NCBI RefSeq assembly: GCF_000007225.1
Contig: NC_003364.1
Coordinates: 1,860,001 to 1,892,000, forward strand
DNA length: 32,000 nucleotides
Direction: 5' to 3'
Source: Pyrobaculum aerophilum str. IM2
Lineage (GTDB): Archaea > Thermoproteota > Thermoprotei > Thermoproteales > Thermoproteaceae
The notes under the pieces: model-generated
What the model was told of the DNA's origin: nothing
Seen by the model: the letters and a program-made list of their open reading frames with translations, nothing else
Databases searched by the model: none
Program-made: the position numbers and the translations under genes
In this document: one piece after another, positions 16,543 to 24,180 of the stretch
How positions within the stretch are numbered: position 1 is the first letter of the stretch
Layout of the letters: every line of letters begins with the position of its first letter

Positions 16543-16580
16543 GGCGGGAAATACAAATATCCATTAAAAAAGTTACACCG

Positions 16581-16629
16581 GTGACGAGATTGGTCTTAGC
16601 CGAGGCGTGACGTGGGGAACGATTGCTGA
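16581..16629 (+). ncRNA. C/D box sRNA (2'-O-methylation guide), core from C box to D box
   Basis: C GUGACGA (16581-16587), 12-nt guide GAUUGGUCUUAG, D' CCGA (16600-16603), spacer GGC, C' GUGACGU (16607-16613), 12-nt guide GGGGAACGAUUG, D CUGA (16626-16629), then UUUUU (16630-16634). A/T-rich promoter-like sequence lies upstream at 16552-16571. Confidence 0.7.
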
Positions 16630-16656
16630 TTTTTAAACTCCTCAAAACTGACAGTT

Positions 16657-17388
16657 ATGATCAAGATAGTACTACACCACACGTGCAAGTCGTCGTATAC
16701 GCTGTTTAAGGCCTTGAAAAATACGCCCGGCGTTAAATTTGAAATGGCCTCGCAGCCCTACTTCACTTATCTGAAAAACTACGTCTTGAGCGTCCCCGCG
16801 GTTTTTAAAGACGGGGAGCTGTACTTGCTCGACCCCGTGGAGCCCGACGATATAAAGTCGCTGATAGAGGGGAGGGCCGAGAGGGAGCTCGACGTGGACG
16901 AGGCCGTTGACCACGCTATTAGGGGCGTCATGGCCAGTCAAGCAATGCTCACGGCAGTAATGTTATACAAATCGCTGAGGCCCATACTTGACGCGGAGAT
17001 AATCTCAGTGATATCAAGAGCAAAATTCCACGGACAAACGGCCAAGGTGCCACAGATAATACAAAGGATTAGGGAGAGAGAGGAGGAGCTACTAAAAGAA
17101 CACTGGGAGCACTTAGTAAAACTATTAACTTTCGGCCTAGTGCGAGAAATGTACTGGCTACAAATCGACATAGACGAAGTGGAGAAGAGCCACATTAAGA
17201 TGTGGCTCCTCGCCAAGGCCACTGTGGGGAGGCTCGGCCTCCCGTACCCGAGGCCGAACGTGCCTGAGGACGTAGTAGACGCAGTTTACGCGGTTTTAAA
17301 AGATGCCGGGCGCAGATATATGGACCGCATCGCCGAAGAGCAACAGATAATTCTAGGCGACGCGGAGTTCATGGCATTACAGGTATAA
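16657..17388 (+). CDS. Hypothetical protein with an N-terminal monothiol (CxxS) thioredoxin/glutaredoxin-like fold and a helical C-terminal domain (243 aa)
   Basis: MIKIVLHHTCKSSYTLFKAL ... SVPAVFKDGELYLL reads as beta1, CxxS, then a cis-Pro VP motif, which is a thioredoxin-fold signature. The remaining ~165 aa are helical and unassigned. Confidence 0.5.
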   Translation: MIKIVLHHTCKSSYTLFKALKNTPGVKFEMASQPYFTYLKNYVLSVPAVFKDGELYLLDPVEPDDIKSLIEGRAERELDVDEAVDHAIRGVMASQAMLTAVMLYKSLRPILDAEIISVISRAKFHGQTAKVPQIIQRIREREEELLKEHWEHLVKLLTFGLVREMYWLQIDIDEVEKSHIKMWLLAKATVGRLGLPYPRPNVPEDVVDAVYAVLKDAGRRYMDRIAEEQQIILGDAEFMALQV

Positions 17389-17461
17389 TAAAACTTTCTA
17401 ACAACTCTTCCCCCAAAAATTTATCTATTGGGAATAAATAGAATAAAGGCAATATTTAGCG

Positions 17462-20011
17462 ATGCCCACAGTAATAAAGCTAGACGGCAGGAGGGAGCCT
17501 TTCTCCCACGATAAGCTCAGGCTCTCAGTGATAAGAGCTGGTCTGGACGTGTGCGTTGAGGTAAACGGCGCGGTGGAGGTGTCTGTTAATAGAGACGTGG
17601 GTACGTGGGAGCTTGCCGATATGGTGCAATTAGAGCTCCTCCGCAGGGCAATTGACAAGCCGGAGCTCGCCCTAGTCGCCAAGGCTCACCTGCTGGGGAG
17701 GATTTACAAAGAGACCTTCGGTAAGGATTTCTTGAAAACTAAAACTGGCTACAGAGAAAGGGCTATAGCCAGATTCAAATCGCTTATAGAAGCCGGGCTC
17801 TTAAAGCCCGAGGCGATTGAGGCGCTATCAGCCTTTGAGCCCAGGCCGGACTTTGACCGCTCTCTCAGCTACAACGCCCTCAGGCTTTTCACAAACGGCA
17901 ACTACGCCCTTAGGGATCAGAACTTTAGGCTGGCGGAGACCCCCTCCATGGCCGCGTGGCGCGTGGCGACGGCGGTGGCGAGAGAGCTGGAGAGGGCTAA
18001 ACTGTATTACGACTACATAACCCAGCTGAAAATAGTCCCGGCCTCCCCCTTCTGGTTCAACGCCTGGACAAGAAAAGAGATGTTCGCCTCTTGTTTCACG
18101 CTGGAGGTGGAAGACTGCCTTTCGTCAATTACCCACCCCGGCAGGTACTGCATATACGACGCCCTGGCCTACTCCGGCATAATTCAACAACTGGGAGGGG
18201 GCGTGGGCTACGACTTCTCGCTACTGAGGCCCGAGGGAGACGTAGTGCGCGGCTCAGTGGGCGTGGCCTCAGGCCCGGTGAGCTTCATGAGGCTCTTCGA
18301 CGCAAACGTAGACGTAATTAAACAGGGCGGGAAGCGCCGCGGCGCCCAAATGGGGACGCTACACGTGTGGCACCCCGATATCCGCAAGTTCATTAAGGCG
18401 AAGACGGGGGAGTTAAAAGACGCACACCTCCAGAACTTCAACATATCAGTATTTGTTGACGACACTTTCATGGAGAAGGCCCTGGGCGTAGACGGCGACT
18501 CGAAGTATAAGCTGATAAACCCCAGGGTGTTTTACGACAAGACTGGGAAAAAGGCCGTTGAGTTCGTTGACGTACACAAAGAGACGCAAGTTCCCAAAGA
18601 GGCCGTGTGGGGCGAGGTAGACGCCAGACAGCTCTTCGGCGAAATAGCCCACGGCGCTTGGGACTCCGGCGACCCCGGCCTCATATTTAAGTCGAATTTA
18701 AACGCCTCGAACCCTCTGCTTGGAGAAGAAATAGAAATTTCAAATTACCGCTTTACTTACATATGGAGATCTGTTAACCCATGTGCAGAAACAGTACAAA
18801 ATCCATTTGAAGTATGCAACCTCACCCACATAAATCTTGTAAAGTTTGTAAAAGAGAATTGCGCCGGGGGATCGTTTGAGGAAAAACTGGGGTGTATCGA
18901 CTGGGAGGGCCTCGCCCAGGCGGCTAGGGTTGGCACGCGTTATTTAGACGACGCCATTGAGAGGAGCAGGACTGGCATTAAGATCATCGACGAGATGAAC
19001 TCAGCCACTAGGAAAAACGGGCTTGGGATAATGGGCTTTGCGGAGCTGTTAATTAAGCTGGGGATTCCCTACGCCTCTTGGGAGGCGGTAGAGCTCATCA
19101 ACCGCATCATGGGCTGGATTTATGTAAACGCTCTCGACGAGTCGGCCGAGCTGGCCAGAGAGAGGGGGCCGTTTAAGTTCTTTGAGAAGTCTGTGTACGC
19201 CAGGGGCGAAATACCCGTCCTCAAGTTCCAAGACTTCGTGTGGAGACGCTGGGAGCGCATTAAACGCGTATATCCCAGGGAGTTGCAAGAGGCCGGGGAC
19301 AGGTTGCGGGACATCACTATGAGGACTAGGGAGTGGCTGAGGCCGTATTTAGAGAGGCTGGCGGACAAAGTGAGGGGCGGGGTCAGGAACTCGGTGGTGC
19401 TCTCCATTGCGCCCACAGGCCGCACTAGCATATTGGCGGGGACTACCAGCGGCGTCGAGCCCGTCTTCGCCTTGGCCTTCCTCCGCAACGTCACTGTGGG
19501 GACGTTGATAGAGTACTACGAGCCCGGGATAGAGTGGCTGAAGGCGCGGGGGTACTGGACGCCGCAAGTCAGAAAAGTGGTGGAAGAGACGGGCATGTTG
19601 AGAGATGCCCCAGTGCCAGAAGCCGCGAAGCACCTGCTGGCCACCGCCATGGAGATAGGCTGGCTGTGGCACGTGTTAATGCAGGCAAGCGCACAACAGT
19701 GGGTGGACCAGGGGATTAGCAAGACTATAAACATGCCGGCCAACGCCCCCCAGGAGGACGTGTACTGGGCCTTTGCCTTCGCGTGGGCGGTAGGCGTCAA
19801 GGGCATAACGGTGTATAGAGACAAGTCCAAGTCTGTCCAAGTTATCTACACCGGCTTGAAGCAAGATATTAAGAAGAGACTGGCAGAGACAAAAATCGTC
19901 GTGAGGCCTCTCGCCTTAGAGACATCTATAGAAGAAGTGGCAGAGCAGGCAAAACTAAAGGCGCTGGAAGAGGGGAAAGACCCCTACTGCAAGACGGGCG
20001 AGTGCGGATAG
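17462..20011 (+). CDS. nrdJ: Class II (adenosylcobalamin-dependent) ribonucleotide reductase with an N-terminal ATP-cone
   Basis: ATP-cone VIKLDGRREPFSHDKL. Catalytic region NPCAE...FEVCNLTHINL. C-terminal Cys pair CKTGECG. At 849 aa it leaves no room for an intein. Confidence 0.9.
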   Translation: MPTVIKLDGRREPFSHDKLRLSVIRAGLDVCVEVNGAVEVSVNRDVGTWELADMVQLELLRRAIDKPELALVAKAHLLGRIYKETFGKDFLKTKTGYRERAIARFKSLIEAGLLKPEAIEALSAFEPRPDFDRSLSYNALRLFTNGNYALRDQNFRLAETPSMAAWRVATAVARELERAKLYYDYITQLKIVPASPFWFNAWTRKEMFASCFTLEVEDCLSSITHPGRYCIYDALAYSGIIQQLGGGVGYDFSLLRPEGDVVRGSVGVASGPVSFMRLFDANVDVIKQGGKRRGAQMGTLHVWHPDIRKFIKAKTGELKDAHLQNFNISVFVDDTFMEKALGVDGDSKYKLINPRVFYDKTGKKAVEFVDVHKETQVPKEAVWGEVDARQLFGEIAHGAWDSGDPGLIFKSNLNASNPLLGEEIEISNYRFTYIWRSVNPCAETVQNPFEVCNLTHINLVKFVKENCAGGSFEEKLGCIDWEGLAQAARVGTRYLDDAIERSRTGIKIIDEMNSATRKNGLGIMGFAELLIKLGIPYASWEAVELINRIMGWIYVNALDESAELARERGPFKFFEKSVYARGEIPVLKFQDFVWRRWERIKRVYPRELQEAGDRLRDITMRTREWLRPYLERLADKVRGGVRNSVVLSIAPTGRTSILAGTTSGVEPVFALAFLRNVTVGTLIEYYEPGIEWLKARGYWTPQVRKVVEETGMLRDAPVPEAAKHLLATAMEIGWLWHVLMQASAQQWVDQGISKTINMPANAPQEDVYWAFAFAWAVGVKGITVYRDKSKSVQVIYTGLKQDIKKRLAETKIVVRPLALETSIEEVAEQAKLKALEEGKDPYCKTGECG

Positions 20012-20062
20012 CGTTTTTCTTCTTTACATGTTGGTATTAAAAATTGCTGCTGTTTGATATAT

Positions 20063-20539
20063 ATGCTCGACATCATTACCCGCTCCGTGCGGGTGGGCTT
20101 AGTCTTCGTCATTTTTAGCGTATTGTACACACTGTTTAACGTGTGGTGGGCAGGGCTGTTAGACGTCTACCCGCTACTCATAGGGGTTTATCTCATGACT
20201 TTTATCTCAGTAGTTCCCTACATCTTTGTAAACATATCAACTGCGGTTAGAAATAGGGGGGATGGGAGGTGGATTATAACAGTTGGCTTATCGCTAGCCC
20301 TTTTGTCCTCCCTAATAGCCGCCATGGTTAAGCTGGGGAATCTAAGGTCGTCGATTACGCCCTTTGTCTTGAACCAGTTGAAATTCGACAGCACCCTTGC
20401 GTTATCCCTTGCGCTGTTGGGCCTCGCATCTCTGGTATATCTCACTAGTTTAATCCCAGAGGGCAAAAAGCTGGCCAAGGCTGTTTACTTCAGCATCGTC
20501 GAGGGAGATAGCGACGAGGAGGAAGTCCGGAGCATTTAG
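20063..20539 (+). CDS. Hypothetical membrane protein (158 aa from ATG 20063)
   Basis: It has four hydrophobic segments and an acidic tail, EGDSDEEEV. ATG 20063 lies ~24 nt downstream of GTATTAAAAATT. The track start is TTG 20054. Confidence 0.5.
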   Translation: MLDIITRSVRVGLVFVIFSVLYTLFNVWWAGLLDVYPLLIGVYLMTFISVVPYIFVNISTAVRNRGDGRWIITVGLSLALLSSLIAAMVKLGNLRSSITPFVLNQLKFDSTLALSLALLGLASLVYLTSLIPEGKKLAKAVYFSIVEGDSDEEEVRSI

Positions 20540-20573
20540 GCGCAGTTTTATAAAACAGTAGGAGTTATTATGT

Positions 20574-20843
20574 GTGGAGCCTGTGTTGTTAGTCAGAGAA
20601 TTTGAGAAGGAGCCGGTCTACGAACTTGTTGAAGTACTGCGTTTTGAGAGAGGCCGTCGGTATGTTTATAGGCTTGTAGCAGGTGACAGGGAGTATTTTA
20701 TACACATTGTCGTCTTTAACAACGCCACTTACGTGGAGTTCTGGCACCCTAACTACGCAGTGCCGCTACTTGTCTTTCGTATTTTAAGCGACGAGGAGTT
20801 CTCAAGGGTAATTCTACTACTCCGATCGCTAATGGGTAAGTAA
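20574..20843 (+). CDS. Hypothetical protein (89 aa)
   Basis: GTG ORF ~22-25 nt downstream of GTTTTATAAAAC. Composition looks like a beta-rich protein. No family was recognised. Confidence 0.4.
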   Translation: MEPVLLVREFEKEPVYELVEVLRFERGRRYVYRLVAGDREYFIHIVVFNNATYVEFWHPNYAVPLLVFRILSDEEFSRVILLLRSLMGK

Positions 20844-20873
20844 AAGTTTTATATATAGGATAGCCTTCTGTCC

Positions 20874-22229
20874 ATGTCTTACAGCGTATTGGAGGCTCTT
20901 AGAAACAGCCCAGACGTAGTTAGAAAAGTCTTAACCGCTAGGAGGATGGACGCTTCTCTCGTGGACAAGTTCTTAGAATTAGACGAGAAGTGGAGGCGGT
21001 TGAAAAAAGAAGTTGACGAGTTGAGGCACGAGTATAATAAGCTTTCAAAAGAGGGGGCAAAGGCTCCTCCGGAGAGGCGGAGGGAAATTGCGGATAAGGC
21101 TAGGGAGCTGGCGGCTAGGCTTGAGAGGGCTGAGAAAGAATTGGAAGAGACGGAGAGGGCTAGGGAGGAGGTTTTGTGGAGTTTTCCTAATCTTATTCAC
21201 GAGTCCGTCCCCATATGCCCAGAGGGAGTCGATTCAATCCCCGTAAGACACTGGGGCGTTGTAAAAACAACTAAGGATGTAGTAGATAAATTGGACAAAG
21301 GCGTTGACTACTTAGTTGTAGAAAAGGCGCCGGTGGGTCACGCCGACATGGCCGAGGTTGTTTTAAAAATGGCCGACACGTTGAAGGCAGGGGAGGTGGC
21401 TGGGAGCCGTTTCTACTACTTGTTTGACGATTTAGTGTGGCTCGACTTCGCCCTCGCCATGTACGCATTAGACTACCTAGCCCAGAAGGGGTTTAGGCCT
21501 GTGATCCCGCCGTATATGTTGAAATACGACCTCATTAGGAGGGTTTTGGACTTCGACACTTTTAAAGACGCTATATACAAAATTGACGGCGAGGACTTAT
21601 ACCTAATCGCCACGGCGGAGCACGGAATAGCGGCGTATCTCTACAAACGCGAATTATTAGAGGAGGAGTTGCCGCAACTTTACGTGGGGTGGTCTCCATG
21701 TTTTAGAAAAGAGGCTGGCGCCGGCAGTAGGGACATAAAGGGTATTTTCAGAGTTCATATATTCCACAAAGTGGAGCAGTTCGTCTTCTCCCTGCCAGAG
21801 GACTCTTGGAAGTGGCATGAGGAAATAACTAAAAACACCGAGGAGCTCATAAGAGGCCTCGGCCTGCCTTACAGAGTTGTCAACATATGCGCCCACGACC
21901 TCGGGGCCCCGGCCGCTAAGAAATACGACATAGAAGTGTGGTATCCATCGCAGGGGATGTATAGAGAATTGGCGAGTTGTTCAAACGTAACCGACTGGCA
22001 GTCGTATAGGCTTGGCATAAGAGTAACTAGAAAGGGCATGAAGAGGGAGTACGTCCACACGCTTAACTGCACAGGTCTGGCGACCACGAGGACAATAACT
22101 GCCATTTTGGAGAACTTCCAGAGAGAAGACGGCGCTGTGGAGATACCAAAAGTTTTAAGACAATATTTAGAGCCGATAAAAGCCGCGCCTAAAGATTATA
22201 TACTTCCAAAAGCGGCTAAAAGCCCTTAG
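20874..22229 (+). CDS. serS: Seryl-tRNA synthetase
   Basis: N-terminal coiled-coil arm (KWRRLKKEVDELRHEYNKLSKE) followed by a class II core: motif 2 FRKEAGAGSRDIKGIFRVHIFHKVEQF and motif 3 region HTLNCTGLATTRTITAILEN. Confidence 0.92.
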   Translation: MSYSVLEALRNSPDVVRKVLTARRMDASLVDKFLELDEKWRRLKKEVDELRHEYNKLSKEGAKAPPERRREIADKARELAARLERAEKELEETERAREEVLWSFPNLIHESVPICPEGVDSIPVRHWGVVKTTKDVVDKLDKGVDYLVVEKAPVGHADMAEVVLKMADTLKAGEVAGSRFYYLFDDLVWLDFALAMYALDYLAQKGFRPVIPPYMLKYDLIRRVLDFDTFKDAIYKIDGEDLYLIATAEHGIAAYLYKRELLEEELPQLYVGWSPCFRKEAGAGSRDIKGIFRVHIFHKVEQFVFSLPEDSWKWHEEITKNTEELIRGLGLPYRVVNICAHDLGAPAAKKYDIEVWYPSQGMYRELASCSNVTDWQSYRLGIRVTRKGMKREYVHTLNCTGLATTRTITAILENFQREDGAVEIPKVLRQYLEPIKAAPKDYILPKAAKSP

Positions 22230-22248
22230 CCCTCAAACCCTTGGCTAC

Positions 22249-22296
22249 TCGGCGTTTAGATCCCTCGTCATAACTCAGCTAACCTGGAGTCGTCAC
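22249..22296 (-). ncRNA. C/D box sRNA candidate (core from C box to D box) between convergent serS and pyrH
   Basis: Read on the minus strand: C GUGACGA (22296-22290), 11-nt guide CUCCAGGUUAG, D' CUGA (22278-22275), spacer GUU, C' AUGACGA (22271-22265), 12-nt guide GGGAUCUAAACG, D CCGA (22252-22249). The TATA-like TTATAAAAAA (plus 22314-22323) lies ~23 nt upstream of the C box. The terminal D box is non-canonical (CCGA), which lowers confidence. Confidence 0.5.
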
Positions 22297-22341
22297 TGTT
22301 GGTCTTTTTAGGCGTTTTTTATAAGGTTTAGCGCGTGGCAT

Positions 22342-22995
22342 TTAACACGTAATTTTACTACCGGGGTTTTCGCCCCTCGCCGCCGCCACTACGTGATCTG
22401 GCCTTCTCCCGTCGAAGACATATGTAGTAATACAATTGCGTTTTAGTATGGAGATGCTCCACACGTCCATAAGCTCATATCCCCCTGGCAATGAAGATGA
22501 GCGTATAATTTTTTCAAACTCGTCGTATTTCAACTCCCGCAGCCTCTGGGCGTTTGGATTTCTGCGCGGGTCGTCGCTGTATACAGCGTCTATATTAGCC
22601 GCGTTTAATAACGCAGATGCCCCCACAGCCTCCGCGACCAACGCCGCCACTGTGGCGGTGGACTGGCCTGGCTGAAAGCCCCCAGTCACTACTATGCGGT
22701 GGCCGCTCCACGCCTCTAAAAACTCCTCTATATTAGCCGGGACTCTGGGATACGCGTCTTTTAATAGCGAAATTAACAACAAGGCGTTAAGCCTGCTGGC
22801 GTAAATGCCGAGGAGATCTTGAAACGTATTTGAGGCGCCTCCCCTCTTTGCAATTGCTATGTATCTCCTGGCCACTTCACCCCCGCCGGTCACCACGGCG
22901 ACTTTTCCAGATAAATTACGTATAACGCCTGCGTATTTAAACACCAGCTCTTCATCTTCAAATACCCTCCCAGATAGTTTAATGACTAGAGCCAT
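22342..22995 (-). CDS. pyrH: Uridylate (UMP) kinase, archaeal type
   Basis: VIKLSGRVF, VAVVTGGGEVAR, VVTGGFQPGQSTATVAALVAE and VYSDDP fit the amino-acid-kinase fold of archaeal PyrH. Confidence 0.9.
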   Translation of the reverse strand: MALVIKLSGRVFEDEELVFKYAGVIRNLSGKVAVVTGGGEVARRYIAIAKRGGASNTFQDLLGIYASRLNALLLISLLKDAYPRVPANIEEFLEAWSGHRIVVTGGFQPGQSTATVAALVAEAVGASALLNAANIDAVYSDDPRRNPNAQRLRELKYDEFEKIIRSSSLPGGYELMDVWSISILKRNCITTYVFDGRRPDHVVAAARGENPGSKITC

Positions 22996-23500
22996 AGGCC
23001 GAAAGGTAGTTCTTAATCCCCCTCACAACCCCCTCTATTATATGCGCCGGAGCTTCGCCGAATTCTATCTCAGGCGCCTTTCCTGCGCACATCACTTTAA
23101 ACTTATCGAAATTCCTCTGGACAACCTCTATTAAATACCTATCTTCATATTTGTATAAAGTCTCTATAAGGGCGTTTTCAGAACAGTCGTTTAAAAGCCA
23201 AGCGGCTCTAGACCGCGCCTTTGACAGCTCGGCGAGTAGCGTATTGACATCGACCTCGTTGCCATATAAATACGCCTTCACCTCCCTCCTGCCCAAGAAT
23301 TTCCTCTGAACTTTCACCACGACGGGACCGTACTCTCCCTCGCGGCCCTCTGCCACTGCTCTAGTTATCTCATCTGCAACCTCGGCGAGTTTTAAATCAC
23401 GGGCGTGGGCCTCCCGCAACTTCTCACATTCGCAAACACGCTTTACAAAATCCACTAGCGCCTCCGCGATCAAGCCCACAACTACGTCTTGAGCAGACAC
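22979..23500 (-). CDS. Hypothetical helical protein (173 aa)
   Basis: GTG start ~27 nt downstream of ATGTATATAATTG (minus-strand reading). The 3' end overlaps the pyrH start by 17 nt, giving an operon-like arrangement. No family was recognised. Confidence 0.5.
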   Translation of the reverse strand: MSAQDVVVGLIAEALVDFVKRVCECEKLREAHARDLKLAEVADEITRAVAEGREGEYGPVVVKVQRKFLGRREVKAYLYGNEVDVNTLLAELSKARSRAAWLLNDCSENALIETLYKYEDRYLIEVVQRNFDKFKVMCAGKAPEIEFGEAPAHIIEGVVRGIKNYLSAYGSSH

Positions 23501-23632
23501 GGGACTTGGGGATTGCTACAATTATATACATTACTACTCACGCCCCTGAAACCCATTCATATAAATGACGGCGCTATTGGGACGGGCGCCCGCGCGGGGC
23601 CCTAAGGCGTCAGAACCCCAGCTGGGCGCTGT

Positions 23633-23702
23633 AAAAAATGTGCAACCCCGCGGCAGGGGACTTCTTCACGGGGGCCCTACGGGCCGCTCTAAGTCCCCCA
23701 CC
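23633..23702 (-). ncRNA. K-turn-containing hairpin sRNA candidate (H/ACA-like tail: 14 nt, ACA, T6)
   Basis: Minus strand: GGGGACUU-AGAGC-GGCCC-GUA-GGGCC-CCCGUGAAG-AAGUCCCC-UGCCGCGGGGUUGC-ACA-UUUUUU. The 8-bp stem pairs 23698-23691 with 23663-23656, and the 5-bp apical stem pairs 23685-23681 with 23677-23673. The internal loop can form tandem sheared G.A pairs next to a 3-nt bulge (CGU), and GUGAAGA is C-box-like. The TATA ATTTAAAT lies ~25 nt upstream on this strand, and T6 (23638-23633) serves as terminator. Confidence 0.4.
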
Positions 23703-23721
23703 CGACTCTCCTAAGTTACAG

Positions 23722-23729
23722 ATTTAAAT
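23722..23729. promoter_or_regulatory. Palindromic TATA box ATTTAAAT, placed to serve the HIT gene (+) and the hairpin sRNA candidate (-)
   Basis: The centre (~23725) is 24 nt upstream of ATG 23749 on the plus strand. It is ~24-27 nt upstream of the hairpin base (23698-23702) on the minus strand. Confidence 0.45.
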
Positions 23730-23748
23730 GCCTTTCTCCCAGCCGCTA

Positions 23749-24162
23749 ATGGACTGCATATTTTGCAAAATTATAAGGGGCGAGGCGCCCGCTTGGAAAG
23801 TCTACGAAGACGAGGAGTTTGTAGTAATTCTGGACAAATACCCGGCGTCTTACGGCCACGTGCTTGTCGTATCGAAAAAACATTTTACAAATATCGTAGA
23901 CGCGCCCGTGGAGCTGTCCGCCCGCGGATTTGAAATAGCCATAAGGCTCGCAAAGGCCTGGGCCAAACTGGGGGCTCCCGGCGTCAACATCGTTACAAAT
24001 GCTGGGCGTAGCGCTGGACAGGCGGTGTTCCACTTACACATCCACGTAATCCCCCGTTGGGGCGATCCGCTACGTTGGCACGGCAAAGACGAAATAAGAG
24101 AGGAAACCGCCAACGAGGTCGTGGATAAGCTGAGAAGTGTATTACCGGAGTATTTCAAATAG
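23749..24162 (+). CDS. HIT-family nucleotide hydrolase/transferase (histidine triad protein)
   Basis: MDCIFCKIIRGE N-terminus and histidine triad HLHIHVIP. I prefer ATG 23749 (leaderless spacing from the TATA) to the track start 23728, which directly abuts the TATA box. Confidence 0.85.
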   Translation: MDCIFCKIIRGEAPAWKVYEDEEFVVILDKYPASYGHVLVVSKKHFTNIVDAPVELSARGFEIAIRLAKAWAKLGAPGVNIVTNAGRSAGQAVFHLHIHVIPRWGDPLRWHGKDEIREETANEVVDKLRSVLPEYFK

Positions 24163-24180
24163 CAGTTATTAGTAGCCGTA

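Noticed and set aside
23565-23620. ATGACGG followed by 12/4/3/7/12-nt spacing, which mimics the C/D sRNA layout.
   Set aside because: The terminal element is TCAG, not CUGA, and the internal boxes (GGGC, CGCGCGG) have no resemblance to D' or C'. The spacing match is coincidental.
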